NCBI GenBank assembly: GCA_001600815.1
Contig: BCKZ01000004.1
Span: forward strand, 744,001-808,000
Source: Alloascoidea hylecoeti
Lineage: Eukaryota
Direction of reading: 5' to 3'
Length of the DNA stretch: 64,000 bases
Part shown: piece by piece, positions 10,176 to 24,100 of the stretch
Position numbering within the stretch: position 1 is the first letter of the stretch
How the letters are laid out: each line of letters starts with the position of its first letter
The notes under the pieces: model-generated
Seen by the model: the letters and a program-made list of their open reading frames with translations, nothing else
Databases searched by the model: none
Told to the model about the DNA's origin: nothing
Made by a program: the position numbers and the translations under genes

Positions 10176-10854
10176 AATTCGAATAATAATAACAATGCAA
10201 AAGAAATGGCACTCTTGCATCCTTACGCCCAAATGAGAATTCCTTCCATTTTTCACATTACCTATTTATTAACTAAACTACCTAAAATCAAATTGAAATA
10301 AAACTTTTCAGATACATTCATATATGTAGTATTTAATAATCAAGTTACGTTATTATTCTTAAGCTTCAATAATCTGTATATAAGTGCCGAGTTAGTATGT
10401 TGAAGACAAATGTGGCGCTCATGGGATAAAGTTGTTGTGAAGCTAAACGAATGTTGAATATTCCAATTCATAATCGTCCGGCTTCATCCCCAGATCTGAA
10501 TCTGATAGAAGATATTTGGAAAATACTCAAGCAGCGCATCAAGGCTCGATTAGTATTCCCGAATACCTTAGAAAAGATGGAAGCCGCTTCATTTGAAGAA
10601 TGGAAAAGAATAACATATGAAGAAATCAATAAATATATTGAAAGCATGCCAGTTATTGAAGCTTAAGAATAATAACGTAACTTGATTATTAAATACTACA
10701 TATATGAATGTATCTGAAAAGTTTTATTTCAATTTGATTTTAGGTAGTTTAGTTAATAAATAGGTAATGTGAAAAATGGAAGGAATTCTCATTTGGGCGT
10801 AAGGATGCAAGAGTGCCATTTCTTTTGCATTGTTATTATTATTCGAATTCTATT
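10171..10854. repeat. Perfect 202-bp inverted repeat (arms 10171-10372 and 10653-10854) with a 280-bp spacer
   Basis: Checked base by base: the reverse complement of 10653-10854 is identical to 10171-10372. Confidence 0.97.
10373..10666 (+). mobile_element. Tc1/mariner (DDE_3-type) transposase C-terminal relic inside the inverted repeat
   Basis: VEDKCGAH (10399-10422, equivalent to QDNAPxH), then stops and a frameshift, then RPASSPDLNLIEDIWKILKQRI...EEWKRITYEEINKYIESMP-VIEA, matching the Tc1 WPxxSPDLNPIExxW...SMPxRxxAVI consensus. Confidence 0.85.
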
Positions 10855-10907
10855 ATGTATAATAATAATTAATATTGAAGCTCGGGTAATGGAATTAGTG
10901 TTTGGTT

Positions 10908-10922
10908 GGGGGGGGGGGGGGG
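10908..10922 (+). repeat. Poly(G) homopolymer, 15 nt
   Basis: Run of G read directly, about 55 bp downstream of the right arm of the inverted repeat. Confidence 0.9.
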
Positions 10923-11039
10923 TTATTTGGTCTACTTATAGATATATTATATCACAAAAATATAAAAAAGAATATGTTTTGAAACACAATTATCAGGTAT
11001 CGAAATCACCTCAATGATGTGGTTGTAGAGTGAATAAAA

Positions 11040-11600
11040 CTTCAAAACGGAACGTAAAACATAATTTCTTTTTAATCAACCACCAGTGTCTGCCACTCAC
11101 CACTATGCCAAAAAACCCATACTTAGGAATCCTGAATTTTCACTTAACACAGTCCCAATCACACCGATTCCAAAGGAGTGATTTTCTCTACATATAAGCT
11201 ATAAAAGGGCAAGAGTATTAAGATTATCAAAAATAAATCACATCTGATACCAAATCAACTAGTATCTATCCATTTGATCCCAATATTATCATCAACAAGT
11301 TAAAAGATAAGGAAAACGTATTACCTGAAAATATAAGGGACCCAGATGGTAAAATAACATTTGATAAAGCCACTCAAGAAAAAAACTCGTGATATCAGCC
11401 GTCAAGGATGAGGCAACTAAGACTCGTATCATGGAGCTGGTAGGCTTGTATTGGAGGTACCTTATTCATGTATTGGATCACAATCTGGCAAGTGATTTAC
11501 CTATAAATATGAAAAGGCCTTCGACAAGGAGCTTAACTGGTGATGATGGCAATCACTGCAATTGCACCTTTAAGAAGAGTGTGAAAGAAATGATTGAATA
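11040..11600 (+). mobile_element. Degenerate pogo/Fot1-like (DDE_1) transposon relic
   Basis: Frameshifted KRARVLRLSKINHI*..KSTSIYPFDPNII resembles the pogo-type C-terminal motif (ARxxAFTxxNIxSGFxxTGIxPFxP). The 5' part (caaaacgg..tctttt..caacc..atg) resembles the leaders at ~29280 and ~31835. Confidence 0.5.
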
Positions 11601-14600
11601 GATAAAATTAATTCAAGGCCAAAACAGTGTATCGGCAGTACAGTTTCACGAAGAATCGCCCAGCGTCAGCATAGGTATGTGCCGCTCAGAACAGATGGAC
11701 GAGATATTGGTAGTTAAGCCGAGTCAGTTAAAAATGATTAAGATTTCCATTAGATATTCTCAAAGTTCCAAGAGGTTTCTGGGTGAAACAACGTTGTGGT
11801 ACATACACGTATATTTTTTTTAAAATTATGAAAACTTCAATTTCAAGTATCAATTGCAACATATAATCATATCCACTGAATGATACCTAATTAATTTATA
11901 AATTAATTGGTTATAATCATCAAGATATTTTTTATGATTGTATGTGCAGGCGTCGCCCATTTAAAGGTTCCCAATTAAATATTAATATTAATATTCAAGT
12001 TAATAACTGGATTAATTTATAAATTAAATATAGCCTATAACTTATATGATTATTTCATAATGTAGCTATTATATGACTAATGAGTATAAAAACATTATAT
12101 ACAGTGATTGTTATGTTTGAAGTCTCACACGACTATTTCTTTCTGTATGTTTGGACTAGACTAGGTTTTAACCTTATAATTATCCTAATAATGACGATTT
12201 TACAATAATGATATTGATGGAAATAAACACGGTTTAGCCTTTAAATACTCTGCATACTTTGGGTTAGTTGATAATAGAAGGCTAATGGATTTCTAGAAGG
12301 ATCGTTGATTATTGACCTCAGACATGGATAGCTAATTAATTAGCAGTTATAACAATTTGGGGATAGTCTAATTTATCATTTCAATAGCTCCTGCGGGTGT
12401 CAAGGTTTACGCTAATTCATTCGAACCATCTCGTCCTATTACTTATAATTCTAACTCACTAATGAATGACCAATTAACTGCCCTATCGTTGATACCTATT
12501 TTGCCAATTAATATTTGTAAAATTGACTAAATAAATCACTGACAAGCTTTTGAATGATTCACATTGCGGAACTTTGGTAACCGCTGATATAACTATAAAG
12601 TTATTTTACATATATACGTTTTGTAGATGGCTCCAAAATATTTCACCAATAAAATTAAGAGCAAATAAAATGATAAGACTGTAGATGTAAATATAATCAT
12701 ATAGGCTATATAGAATACGTAGTAGCTGGTTATAATATTGCCATTTCTATATATATATATAGTGGTGATCCAGAAAAAAGAGTATCTTCAGGCTTAACAC
12801 GTATAACTTATAGCCCCGTACAATTACACTTTTACAGATATCAACAAATTAATATACATCCTTATCATGCGAATTGGTTCTCTTATACTACAAATATCCC
12901 ATAATTATCAATAATATATATAAGGATATCGATTTATAACTTGATGTATATATGTGGAAATATCTAAATTGGTCATATTGATTAGTGACTCTATATATAT
13001 TTATTTTAGTGTATCCTCTATACAAAAAACCATAATAACGAAAAAAATGCAATATGTATATTTTGTGTGTCCAGATTTTCCAGACAATCAATCACCTAGG
13101 CCTGGATAATGCGTAAAAGTAATAATTAAGACTTACCTTATTCAGATAAGTATATGCACATGCATATTGAAATATTTCCTCATATAGTATTATGTATAGG
13201 TGCTAACATTTTACTGGAGACCAAAATTTCGCGATAAGAAAAGTTGTTCATTTTCAATAGCACGCAATAAACAGCATAAATTATTCTCGTTGGAAAGCAC
13301 TTATAATTAAGATCGGGAAGTCAATGAATTGTACTTTTTATATTTTTTTTTTCAATGTTCCCCTCCCTATCACAAACTTACAACATCTTCTGAAGAATCA
13401 ACTACTTAATCGATCATTAAAGATATTAATGTTGGAACTTTCACTAGTGTGGAAGCAACCAACCGACACGGTCGGCGCTTAGAGGCCATGAAAACTGTTC
13501 TACTGAATAAAAGGTTCAAAAAATCATTTTTTAGCTAAACCAAACTATTATATATTGACTTCCAAAGAAGATGAATCTCAAATAGAATATAACCTTTCGG
13601 TGTTTGTTTCTCTTTTATGCTTAAGATTTGCACAAAACCACTTGACAAACCAGACCTCATACTTCATAGTCAAAGGCGCTTCGTCTCTATTATTTGTTAT
13701 TGGAAGCTTGTCTCTCGAGTAAATGTTGCTAATTTAGAGTAAATTAATGAACTCTCTGGAAAAGCTAGAAAGCAGTCTAATATCTAATCTTGAACAAATT
13801 AAAAGAAATTTTAAAACCTCCCAATACACGTGATTATATGTTATTGGTTTCATGGGATTGCAATATCATTAATGATGATATACCGGTATAAATAGACAGT
13901 TTCAGAAATCAATAGATAATTATAATCATTTTAAACCTAATCTTGTTTAATCGGCAATAATCTTAAATAATGTCATGAAGCACAGGTTTCTCAAACATTT
14001 TTATTCTATATCTAAGTCTAGACTGACCGCCAGCATCTGTTTCCGTAGTAATCTTCGTATATAAAACAGCAATTGAATTGATTTATAATTTTAAGACGGT
14101 CTGTTTGTAACTTCGAATTTGTAACTACATTCAAAATCAAATTTAAGTATGAATACTGGTACTGAGCTCGAGGATATTTTCTCCCGTGCCCCACCCCCAT
14201 GTTTTTGCTCTCATATATGAATTTATATCGCCAATGTGCATACTACATAGCCAGTTTAATATTTATGTAAAAATGTGTATGTGGTTCGGTTTATTAATCA
14301 TAACTAGATCTAGTTAAGTTGTTTTACTTCATATAAGAATAATTATAAGTTCAAGAGAAGATATTTTTAATTATAATTTGAAAAGAGAAACAACCGCTAT
14401 TCTCTAAGAATCAATATTCAAATTAAACTTTATACCGGTATAGCTATAGGATATAAATTTATGACTTTTATACGCATATATAAAAATTCTTTACTCCAAA
14501 TTTGAATTTAATTTGTTTCAGCTTTAAAATGACATGATATAAGTAGTGATAGCTATATAATTACGTAACAGATATATTGGCCTATAAACGTAGTTGTTAA

Positions 14601-15996
14601 TGATCCATGACAACTACCAGAAATAGAAAATATTTTCTTATTGGTAACCAATTGCAATTTATGGCTGGTATACCAATTTATTTCCTAATCGGGTTATTTA
14701 ATGAATGCCATTTTAGTTGTTTAATTATAATACACATTGATGTGATTATGGCTGGCACTATAATTAGACTGACTCTGCTTTTCGCAATTGTAATTGAGTA
14801 TGTTCAAATTTCATTCTGGATCTATTTATGATAGCTCATTACCAGTAGTAATAACAGTATTAGCTGTAATTTTCTGATTTCCAATATAGCCTGATAGCTA
14901 GCGATTCTAATTCTAAAATAAACTTTTATAAATATTATATAATTGGATCTAGAGAAAAATCACTTGATACAATTACAATTACAAGGTATAAATAATTGAA
15001 CAGGATATATTGATATTGATACACATTCAATATCATTGAGCCGTTAATTATAGTCATATAAGTATATATATCGATATAAGAAACAACCAGTAATTAGAAG
15101 TCAGGAAAACAATGTTAACGCTAACTATACTTTTTTCTTCTAAAATTCAATTCAAGCTAACAAATACTAGCTTCTTTTTTTAAAACCAAACAAAATTATA
15201 ACACAAACAGAATTATGATAATTAGTTATTGACAATATTCTAACCGTTTAAAAATAAAAACATGGAAAAAGCATAAACATAAACATATTCAATTTAATAA
15301 AGTAAAAAACCAATTCATTTTTGGTGAAGAGAGAAAGAGAACAAAATATAAAAGAAATAATAGTATAGGCCTATAATATATACCAGTTTTTAAGTAACAA
15401 GTTTTAAACCAAACCCCCCTTGATTGTAATACCAATGAGAACAAAAATAACCCAAGAAATAATGAAAAAAATCATATAAACAGAGCAAACAAAGAATTTT
15501 GAACAAACCAACAAAATTTTAATTTATAAGTGGAAGAAGAAAAAAAAAGATACAATGTAAACTGTGAAAATGAACCCTAATAAAATAAATAACAACAAAA
15601 TATCATTTTAATTTTCATTCCATCTGTTTTAGAACATTATAAAAAACGAAATAAATAAAAATAAAAAACTAAAGATTTTAAACAATACCTTACTATAAAA
15701 AAAATACATCATCATTAAATAAAAGATTTATCATAATAATAATAGGAAAGCAAAGTAAAAAGTTAATAAGAAAATATATCCATGACTATCCAATTAAAGG
15801 TAAATAGTAAAAGAAAATAAAAGAAATAGAAATAGAAATAGAAATCCACCATCCAAACAAGAAAGAAAAAAAAAAAAAAGCAAAAATAAATTAACAAGAT
15901 TAAGGTAATTAATTGTAATGTCCCATATAATATATGTAACACATCTAACCAAATAATATCCCTTTTCGATTATTATTGTTGTATAGTATTATTTTT

Positions 15997-18111
15997 TTAA
16001 CGAGAATGAGTTCTCATATGTTGGGCTAAATTATCACTTCTCGAAAATTTTTTGCCGCAAACATCACAACCAAATGGCTTTTCATGGGTATGTAAAGATC
16101 TGTAATGTCTCTTTAAATGTTCCTGTCGTCTAAACCGTCTAAAACAATATGTACAAACAAATGTTTTGCTAGCATCATCTGTTAAGGATGGTTTTCTACC
16201 ACGACGATTAACTGCAGCTGTGACAGACGCCATAGCTGCTGCTGCTGTCATCGTTGAAGTCGGAGTTAAAGTCGGAGATGGAGATAATGACTGGGGTGAG
16301 CTGAGGTTGCCCTCCCTAAAGTTTGTACTGTTTGGTGTTGTAATACAGGATGATGAGGACACTAATGGTGTTGAGTTGACAGTTATTCCAAGTCCTTCGT
16401 GATCATGATTGCAATCGTCATGGTCACAAATAATACCTTGATCATCACCATCATTTGTTTTAAATTCTTTTGATAATGGAGATTCAATCAAACTTTGGCC
16501 TAAACTAGGTAGGTTTGTAACACTTCTTGATTTATTTGACGATGCTAACCATGCTCTTCTTTGTTGAACCCTTGGTGTGATAGGTAAGGAATGGGATTGC
16601 GATCTGGGCTTATTGTCAATTCCTTTAGTTGATCCTCTTCTTCTTCTTCTATTAAATGAAGATTTTCTAGAATCTGAATAAGATTGTGATTGAAATAAGG
16701 TAAATTTCTCAGAGTAAGTTGATGGTGACTTATGATGTAAATAATCATTTTCACTATCATTTTCAAAATCATTATGAATATTCGTCGATCTTGATCGTCC
16801 TAAGTTTAAATTGAACTCAATTGACGATGAGAGTGAATTATTATTAATGCTACTGTTATGAGAATTTAAATTTAAGGTTTGGGATTGATTTGATTCTGAA
16901 TTTCCATTTGAGTTTGAATTTGCTGGCAATTCACCCATTGAAATGACTCTTGAAATTTCATCATTATAAGTAAAATCAAATTTTGGTACACTTGGTGATG
17001 AAGAAGTACTGTTATAATTCATATCAGACTCAGATTGCGAGGTTATAATTTCTGGATTTACTGTAATAGTCGAAGAAATAAAGTTTTGAGCGGTGGTAGT
17101 AGTGCAAGCAGTAGGATTTGAAGTAATATCATTATTGTTATAAGCATATCCATCATTAATATTGACATTATTATTAGCGGTATTGACATCATACAAATTT
17201 GGGTTACCATTATGTGGATACGGATATGAAAAAGAGCTTGCATTAGAGGGCATTGAAATTGGGGTGCCGTAATCGTAATAATACTCCGAATCTGAAAAAA
17301 TAGATGGTGCATATGAAGAACGTCTACTTAACGAAGTGGAAAAATCAGAGTTAATATTTGGTCTCTGTGGAGGAGTGACCACCTGGCTCAACACGTCTTC
17401 ATCGTTATCTTTATTAAGACTGGAACCTCTTATTTGGGCCAATGTCTGAGCAGTATGCATAACTGGGACGATGGGTAAACGGTTAAGTCTTCCAGAATCA
17501 ACATCAATGCTATTGGTTTCATTACTTGCAGTTTGTAAGGCAACGGCAGCAGCAGCAGCAATAGTATAGGGAATATTCGCTAAAAGCTTTGAGGCTTCAG
17601 AAGTAGCACTTTTGATAGCGCTAGTCAATTCTTCATCGGGGATTGCAAAAGGACTTGAGGTAGTATTTCTTCTATTGGTGACATCTATAATTGGAAGATG
17701 AGAACTCTGAGCCTGGGACATTTTAAATCTATGCATTTGCATTAAGCGCAAACGATCTAATTGGTCTTGATCAGCTCGAGGCACTATAATTGGAGGTTCG
17801 TACTCATCATCCCGATATTGATGATTATATTGAGAATAATTCCGATTCTGATATTGATAAGGAAACCTATTCACAACAGTCCAGGAAGCGGATGACAGAG
17901 GGTCTTCAGATCCTGGAGAAGGAAATGAGCTGTCAAACAATGGATCCTCAGAAGAAGTAGAGTCGGTAGAGGTTGCAGGAGACATTGAATAAGTACCATC
18001 ATAGTTTGACATTTCATTTGAGCTGGTACTAAAGTTAAAAGAGGAAGATAAATTTGCGGACATAAAGGCCATAGGCATACTATTTTGTTTAATATCAGCT
18101 GCAGATTGCAT
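15997..18111 (-). CDS. STRE-binding C2H2 zinc-finger transcription factor (Mhy1/Seb1/Com2/Msn2-4 family)
   Basis: C-terminal [66 protein letters not shown] is characteristic of the Mhy1/Seb1 subfamily; the N-terminus is long and S/N-rich. Confidence 0.9.
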   Translation of the reverse strand: MQSAADIKQNSMPMAFMSANLSSSFNFSTSSNEMSNYDGTYSMSPATSTDSTSSEDPLFDSSFPSPGSEDPLSSASWTVVNRFPYQYQNRNYSQYNHQYRDDEYEPPIIVPRADQDQLDRLRLMQMHRFKMSQAQSSHLPIIDVTNRRNTTSSPFAIPDEELTSAIKSATSEASKLLANIPYTIAAAAAVALQTASNETNSIDVDSGRLNRLPIVPVMHTAQTLAQIRGSSLNKDNDEDVLSQVVTPPQRPNINSDFSTSLSRRSSYAPSIFSDSEYYYDYGTPISMPSNASSFSYPYPHNGNPNLYDVNTANNNVNINDGYAYNNNDITSNPTACTTTTAQNFISSTITVNPEIITSQSESDMNYNSTSSSPSVPKFDFTYNDEISRVISMGELPANSNSNGNSESNQSQTLNLNSHNSSINNNSLSSSIEFNLNLGRSRSTNIHNDFENDSENDYLHHKSPSTYSEKFTLFQSQSYSDSRKSSFNRRRRRGSTKGIDNKPRSQSHSLPITPRVQQRRAWLASSNKSRSVTNLPSLGQSLIESPLSKEFKTNDGDDQGIICDHDDCNHDHEGLGITVNSTPLVSSSSCITTPNSTNFREGNLSSPQSLSPSPTLTPTSTMTAAAAMASVTAAVNRRGRKPSLTDDASKTFVCTYCFRRFRRQEHLKRHYRSLHTHEKPFGCDVCGKKFSRSDNLAQHMRTHSR

Positions 18112-21100
18112 TTTTGATCCTAATTAAATCCTAAGCGAATGGGTTCTGATCTGGGGAAAAGAGAAAAAGAAAAAGAGAAGAAAAGAAAAGCAGAAAAAAA
18201 GTAGAAAGCTAAAAAACGAAACAGGTCCCAGAGAAGAAGAAATATAAAATCGAGAGCTGAAAAAATTGAGGACCTAATTATCCATAATATTTATTATTAT
18301 TATGTGAGGCGTATTAATAATATTTGATATGCAGTTGCATGCATACGCAATCGCATCCGGAAATATGCACCAGTTTGATGACTGGTCTCTGGATGTTTGG
18401 CCGCCCTCGCATCCATATGGCACCCACACATTGGCCGAGGGTTGTTGGCGAGGATGAGGACGAGGGACAGCGAGTTTGCCTCTGGGCAATTGTAGTCATG
18501 GAGTCAACCATGAGGGTTGTGCTCTAGGATTGTTCTGGATGTTTGTGTTGTCGTAAATATATTCAACTTTTGGTCATTCACCACCGCTTTGCAATTTATG
18601 TCTGCGTTGACAGCTGTGATTGGCTGAATCAAAATAGGTGCAGTTAACATCACTCCATCTAATCTACATCGTTTTTTTGTTTGTGTTTCTGTTTGTGCTT
18701 CTCGTTTATTTTTACTTGTAGATCGGAAATTCAATAATGTAATATATTAATTAATACGATAGAGTTCACGTGTGCTAGGATATGCCTTCTAGATTGACTT
18801 TTCCAGTTGTCTTCACTTTTCCCGAACCCCAGTTAATTTTTTGATCTGAGACCTTAGAATATCGATATATATCTCATCAGCTGAAAACCCCGACCAGAGC
18901 GGTAAAAAATATACACATGATCTTGGAGTATTCCATACAATTAAGCAATAATTGATACAAATGGTTTCCTAGTCAATATTCTTTTCTTCATTACAGGTTA
19001 CGTGCGTTTACTAACCTTTTATAATTAGCTTTCGCTATCTATTAATATTATGCATGTTATAATTTCTTTCTTGAGCCTATTTCTATAAAAGTACTTAATT
19101 GACTACCACTGCATATAAACAGTTCAAAATTGAAAGAATTAAATTTGTTGACGGAGAAACCATTTAAATATAATTATGTTATTTGAACTTGCTTCATTGT
19201 TTTATAATTAGACAAAACTCATTTTACTTTTTCATCATCGGTGGATTACAACTAACTTATAATTTAATTTAATGGTATATATCATATAAACCTTATAGGC
19301 CCCGGATCCAATCATATTTATACATATAAAATCTAGTAGTTATAACTACAAGCTTCATGAAATAACGCGTTAACATTTAATGTCTCATTTATAATTAACT
19401 TGTAATCCACTGAAGTATTTATGGCCCACTTTTCCCCACTATGTAAGTCTATAGCCATATATTAAATCATTTTAGATTTCTATAACAGTAGTACCTACTC
19501 AAAATTTGAAGTCATATACCCAACTATAGCCGATTGAAATGCGGAGCTTTTTGCTTGATACGCAAAATCTATATCTTATAATTAATTATATGATAAGCAA
19601 GAGAAAACTTCTCAACGTCGATTATGTCATATACGTACAACGTTAACTATGAATCAGTCTATGATTTATAATTTCATATTATTAGGCATACATGTATTAC
19701 ATAACACATGTCATTGCAATATTTCATTTGAATTCAAATTTGCAACTCAACAGAATATAATAAAATTGCGCTGATATTCGAAAACAAAAACAACCGCAAA
19801 ATAAAATAACTCCAGCTCGTAAATATTTTCAATTTTATATTCATTTGCATTTTTTTAAATAAAATTAAGCTTCTTAGAGGGCTGAAAAATTATGTATATT
19901 CTTTATAATTATTTCTTGCAATTCTAAAATCGAGTTTATTCCTAATTATAATCAAATCCTTTATTTACTCATATAATATGTTCTTATTTCTTATTAAATA
20001 GATAAATGAAGAAATGAAGCGCTCCAGCAAAACAATCAGGAACGTTCAGAAGGATTTTGAACATTTATACAGGTGCGTAAAAACACACTTCCAAACTTGA
20101 TCTATATGATCATTATCGTCATTAGCTTATGTTAATAAATTTTTATTGAATTTAAAGGCAAACTCGAATTTAAAATTTAATAAGAGGGGATATATATTTC
20201 AATTGCAATTGCAATTGTTTTGTATGGAAAAAACAACAAAATTATAATTACCAGGCCTATAGGTCATAATGATAGATGTATCACGTATAGATATCAATAT
20301 AATAGCTAACAACAATTAGTCAGTCGCAATATGTCATATGACTATTTTTAGTATATTATTGTTTATTGATGGTACGTTCCAGGATATTTGTTATCAGCAT
20401 TAAGTTATTAACAACAATATTAATATTAATATTAACCGCAAGTGGTTATACGCTATAATTATCACTTCATTTAAAATGTAGTAGCATTCATATAAATATA
20501 TTTTAGTTGTTATACTAAAGTATAATATTTAATATTGGTTTTGATTTTTCATGCATATATCTTATAGAAAATAGTGAGATATCCGGTAATATCTAGAGTT
20601 ATCAAAAAAAAGAAAGGAAATATTCCCGCCCATCTATAGCTAGTACAAGTATCTAATATCTATAGGTATTTTAAAATATTATCTCATAATTAGTTGCTAC
20701 AGCTGTGTGAATCTAGAATCTCTAGATTCATCTTTAGTTGCAATATTGAATATAATATTATAAATTGGCGCTCATACTATATTTAACACTTTCAAATTGT
20801 AGAATTTGAACTTCAGAAATAGCATGTCTTAAAGAGTCTAGAATAAATGGGGGGATCATTTGAACATATATCCCTTTGATATCGGATTTATGGCGTTGCA
20901 ATTGAGAAATGATATCGATAAGATTTTTCAGATCTGAATATTATTTTTTATATTATCTGTGTAATTTTAAGGTTTAAAATTAACAAGATGCTTTTATAGG
21001 CTATATTTGGATTGTAGAATATATAGGATATATGGTCAACTTAAGGGAATCTAATAACCGCGCTAACGCAGATAATTAATATGTAGATTAATATTTTAAT

Positions 21101-24100
21101 GGTGAGTGAGAGAAATATTTATGAAAATATTCTGTTGAAGGTTTATGGACGAAATATAAATTATAATATAGCTTTAGGTATATTATCACATCACAACTTT
21201 AATCTCTCGTATAAAATGTTTGTTTAGCAGAGATGGAGCTTCGGTAAATGAGCTGCGGATCCAGCCCATTTTGGGCTCCCGCGGTTTATTGCAGCCGGTC
21301 TCCGAACCTCCCCACCTCTCATTCATGCTTACTAAAGATTCATCACTCTACTAACGAAAACCAAAAACACTTCTAGCGAATATTTTATATGATCGAAGCC
21401 GATCATTTTTGGAAGTTTTACTATCGCTACATTTAGATTTGTGTTATTTCCCGGAAAGTTTTCAATCATAAAGATAACTGACCAATATAAACAAATTCTC
21501 TTGACATAAAAGTATAACTTTAATTTATAACTCTATCTCAGTGGTACTGCTATAGGCTACACCAGACTTAAACTATAAGTTTAGTTAAGGACCCTGCTAT
21601 TATACCTGGAGCCCAAAACTTGGTTTAAAGTCCTGGCTATTGATTATATATTGCCATATTATAATAAAATTGCTATTGAATATTAATATTAATGTTCATT
21701 TGTGAATAAAGTTTTAATAACATTTTAAAACTATAAAACTTTACATAACTCATGAAGTTATAAGACTTTCAACCTTCTATTATTTATAACAGGTACATCT
21801 ATCACAGCTTTTATAAATATATCCGATCGCAAATCTATGTGGTACCAGTCATATAATATTTATATGTAGCTTAAATATGTTTTTGGTTTAATCACAATAT
21901 TATTGATCAAGATAATGTTATACAGAATCTATATACGATTCTATTAATATGGGAAGAGTATTGTTGGTGGTAGAATGTGTTATCATAATTATAACGAAAT
22001 CAGGGTAGCTAAAGGCATTAAATACCAACTCTTTTGCTCAATGTTTTGCAATCGCAATGAGAACTTATAACTTATAGCTATAGTGATATTATACTAATGT
22101 CAGGTTAGCGAGTTAGGAATCTTAAGATTGACTTTTACTATTAAGTTAATAATTATCGGCTGTAATAATTTTATGATACCATATGATTCGTATCATTATT
22201 TTCCTGGCCTAAATAAAAATTATGAATTTAAATATGCATGTATGCATACCATAGCTAATAGCTAAATAAGAGATTTAAGTATAAACAGTGATTCCATTTG
22301 ATTTCGACCACTTTTTAAATCAAATATTCAGCCACTATATACCACAGATTAGGACGTTCTTTTTGCCCCTCCTATGAATACTTTTCCTAAAGATTTTCAA
22401 CTAGGGATATTGAAGGTAACAGCTTCATATTTGAGGATAGAAATGAAATTTTTTTTGAAGAAACTGATAATGATATCTTTGATTATTCTACGGAGATAAG
22501 CCCAGACGATGGGTCAATCAAAGCTTTGTTCAATTTCGAAATGTATGGACCAGGAGTGAGGATGAAGCCCCTCTTATTGCTACCTTCAGCATGACCGAAT
22601 ATTAGTCCATCAAGTAGTAAACATTTGTTTATTCTTATTAATCAATTGTAACATGGGCGAGTATTAGTGCCTCAGGTAACCAAATTAGTGTTGTGATTTG
22701 GGACTATTCCTCATCAGAATATCTTCAACTTAGAGTTCAGCCTTAATTAATTCACATGTTCTAGAAGCAAAGTCACAGGTTCAAAGAGTAGCTTTCCGAA
22801 CATACAAAATTTCTTAAACAATTGCGAGTTTAAGTGGAACTAGTACTCACAACGTTGGAATGGAAGTTGAAGAAGAATGTTATTAATGTATAGAAAATTA
22901 ACTACAATAATGAATTAAGGTACTTAGAAACATTACATACATAACATATTTATTAGTGTAGCAGATCTAACTTATCATAATTAAATAGTGTTTTTGATCT
23001 TGGGGAACCACAACATTAAATATGTAGTATATCACGTGAAATTACTGATTCAAGAGGCGAATACAATGGTCGAATATTTAGTCCATTACGTGGTCAATTT
23101 ATTTGCCCTTTAGTATATATATTTTACTATATCACAAATAAAGAGAGTTATCCACTTGGGAATTCTTCTTGAATCCTGTCTACTCGGTGTAACAAGACCT
23201 AATCGATACATCATTGATTCTAAGTTGTGTACCAAGTGTATATATTATTAAGTGCCACCACTAACATCGATGTTGGTCGTTTCTCCAATCTGAATGACTC
23301 TCTCTTTTATGCATCTTGCTTCCTTATTCCAAAAAAATATTCTGACGGACCTGAAGCGTTTGGATAGATTTTGGGCCTTCGTTTCTGGGTTCGGGATCAC
23401 TAGGAGAATTACCATTGTCTTCTAACACAGTTTGAATAATCGCATCAGTAACATTCAATGATTCATAATGAATAATTCCCCTTCCTAGAGTTTTGATATG
23501 GGCTAGTCGCTTATAAATATGTTCATATCTAAGTGTACTGCATTAAAATGGTTTCTTAAGCGGGCAAGTTCTTGAACTGTGAGTTCACCGCTCATCTGTG
23601 ACCGCTAAGGTATTTGAGCCAAGATATGGTGGACACAACACTTCGATTCTTTAACTTCAGAACCCTCTGCCACAATTAGCTGTGCCAATGTTACGCACAA
23701 TAGGGGGTCATTCAAAAGTGGACAAAACTAACTGGAATGACTGTGAAAGATATGTCAAATTTCTCATCAAACTATTATTTTGCAAACGACGATAATTTCT
23801 AGCAAGGTAATGCTAATCAACATCTCCAAAAATTATGAAAATTATTTCTTATATTACCAATTATCTGCCACATTTAAAGGAATGATCGGCATCCGCTAAT
23901 ATCGTTAGCTACTCTGCAATTGCAAGCATTTTACTAACTAATATTTCTCAAAAATGACGTTAATAAATAGCTAGAAAGTGTGCAAATCAATCAAAATCGT
24001 TGATAGCATGTGAACATCTAATCAAGTATCTTTCATCTATGAATAAATCGGTATAGATATATAAAGGGAGAACTTAGTCATCTTTTTATTAGAGGTGAAA

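Noticed and set aside
10769..11017. 82-aa ORF across the right arm of the inverted repeat
   Set aside because: GTG start, built from repeat and poly(G) sequence, no recognisable domain.
11800..15900. Short ORFs (12888, 14018, 14607) and faint coding-like patches near 12.2-12.6 kb and 13.4-13.8 kb
   Set aside because: No recognisable motifs or splice-consistent models; cannot be supported without a search.
16166..17312. Small ORFs overlapping the C2H2 factor gene
   Set aside because: Antisense or alternate-frame shadows of a low-complexity CDS.
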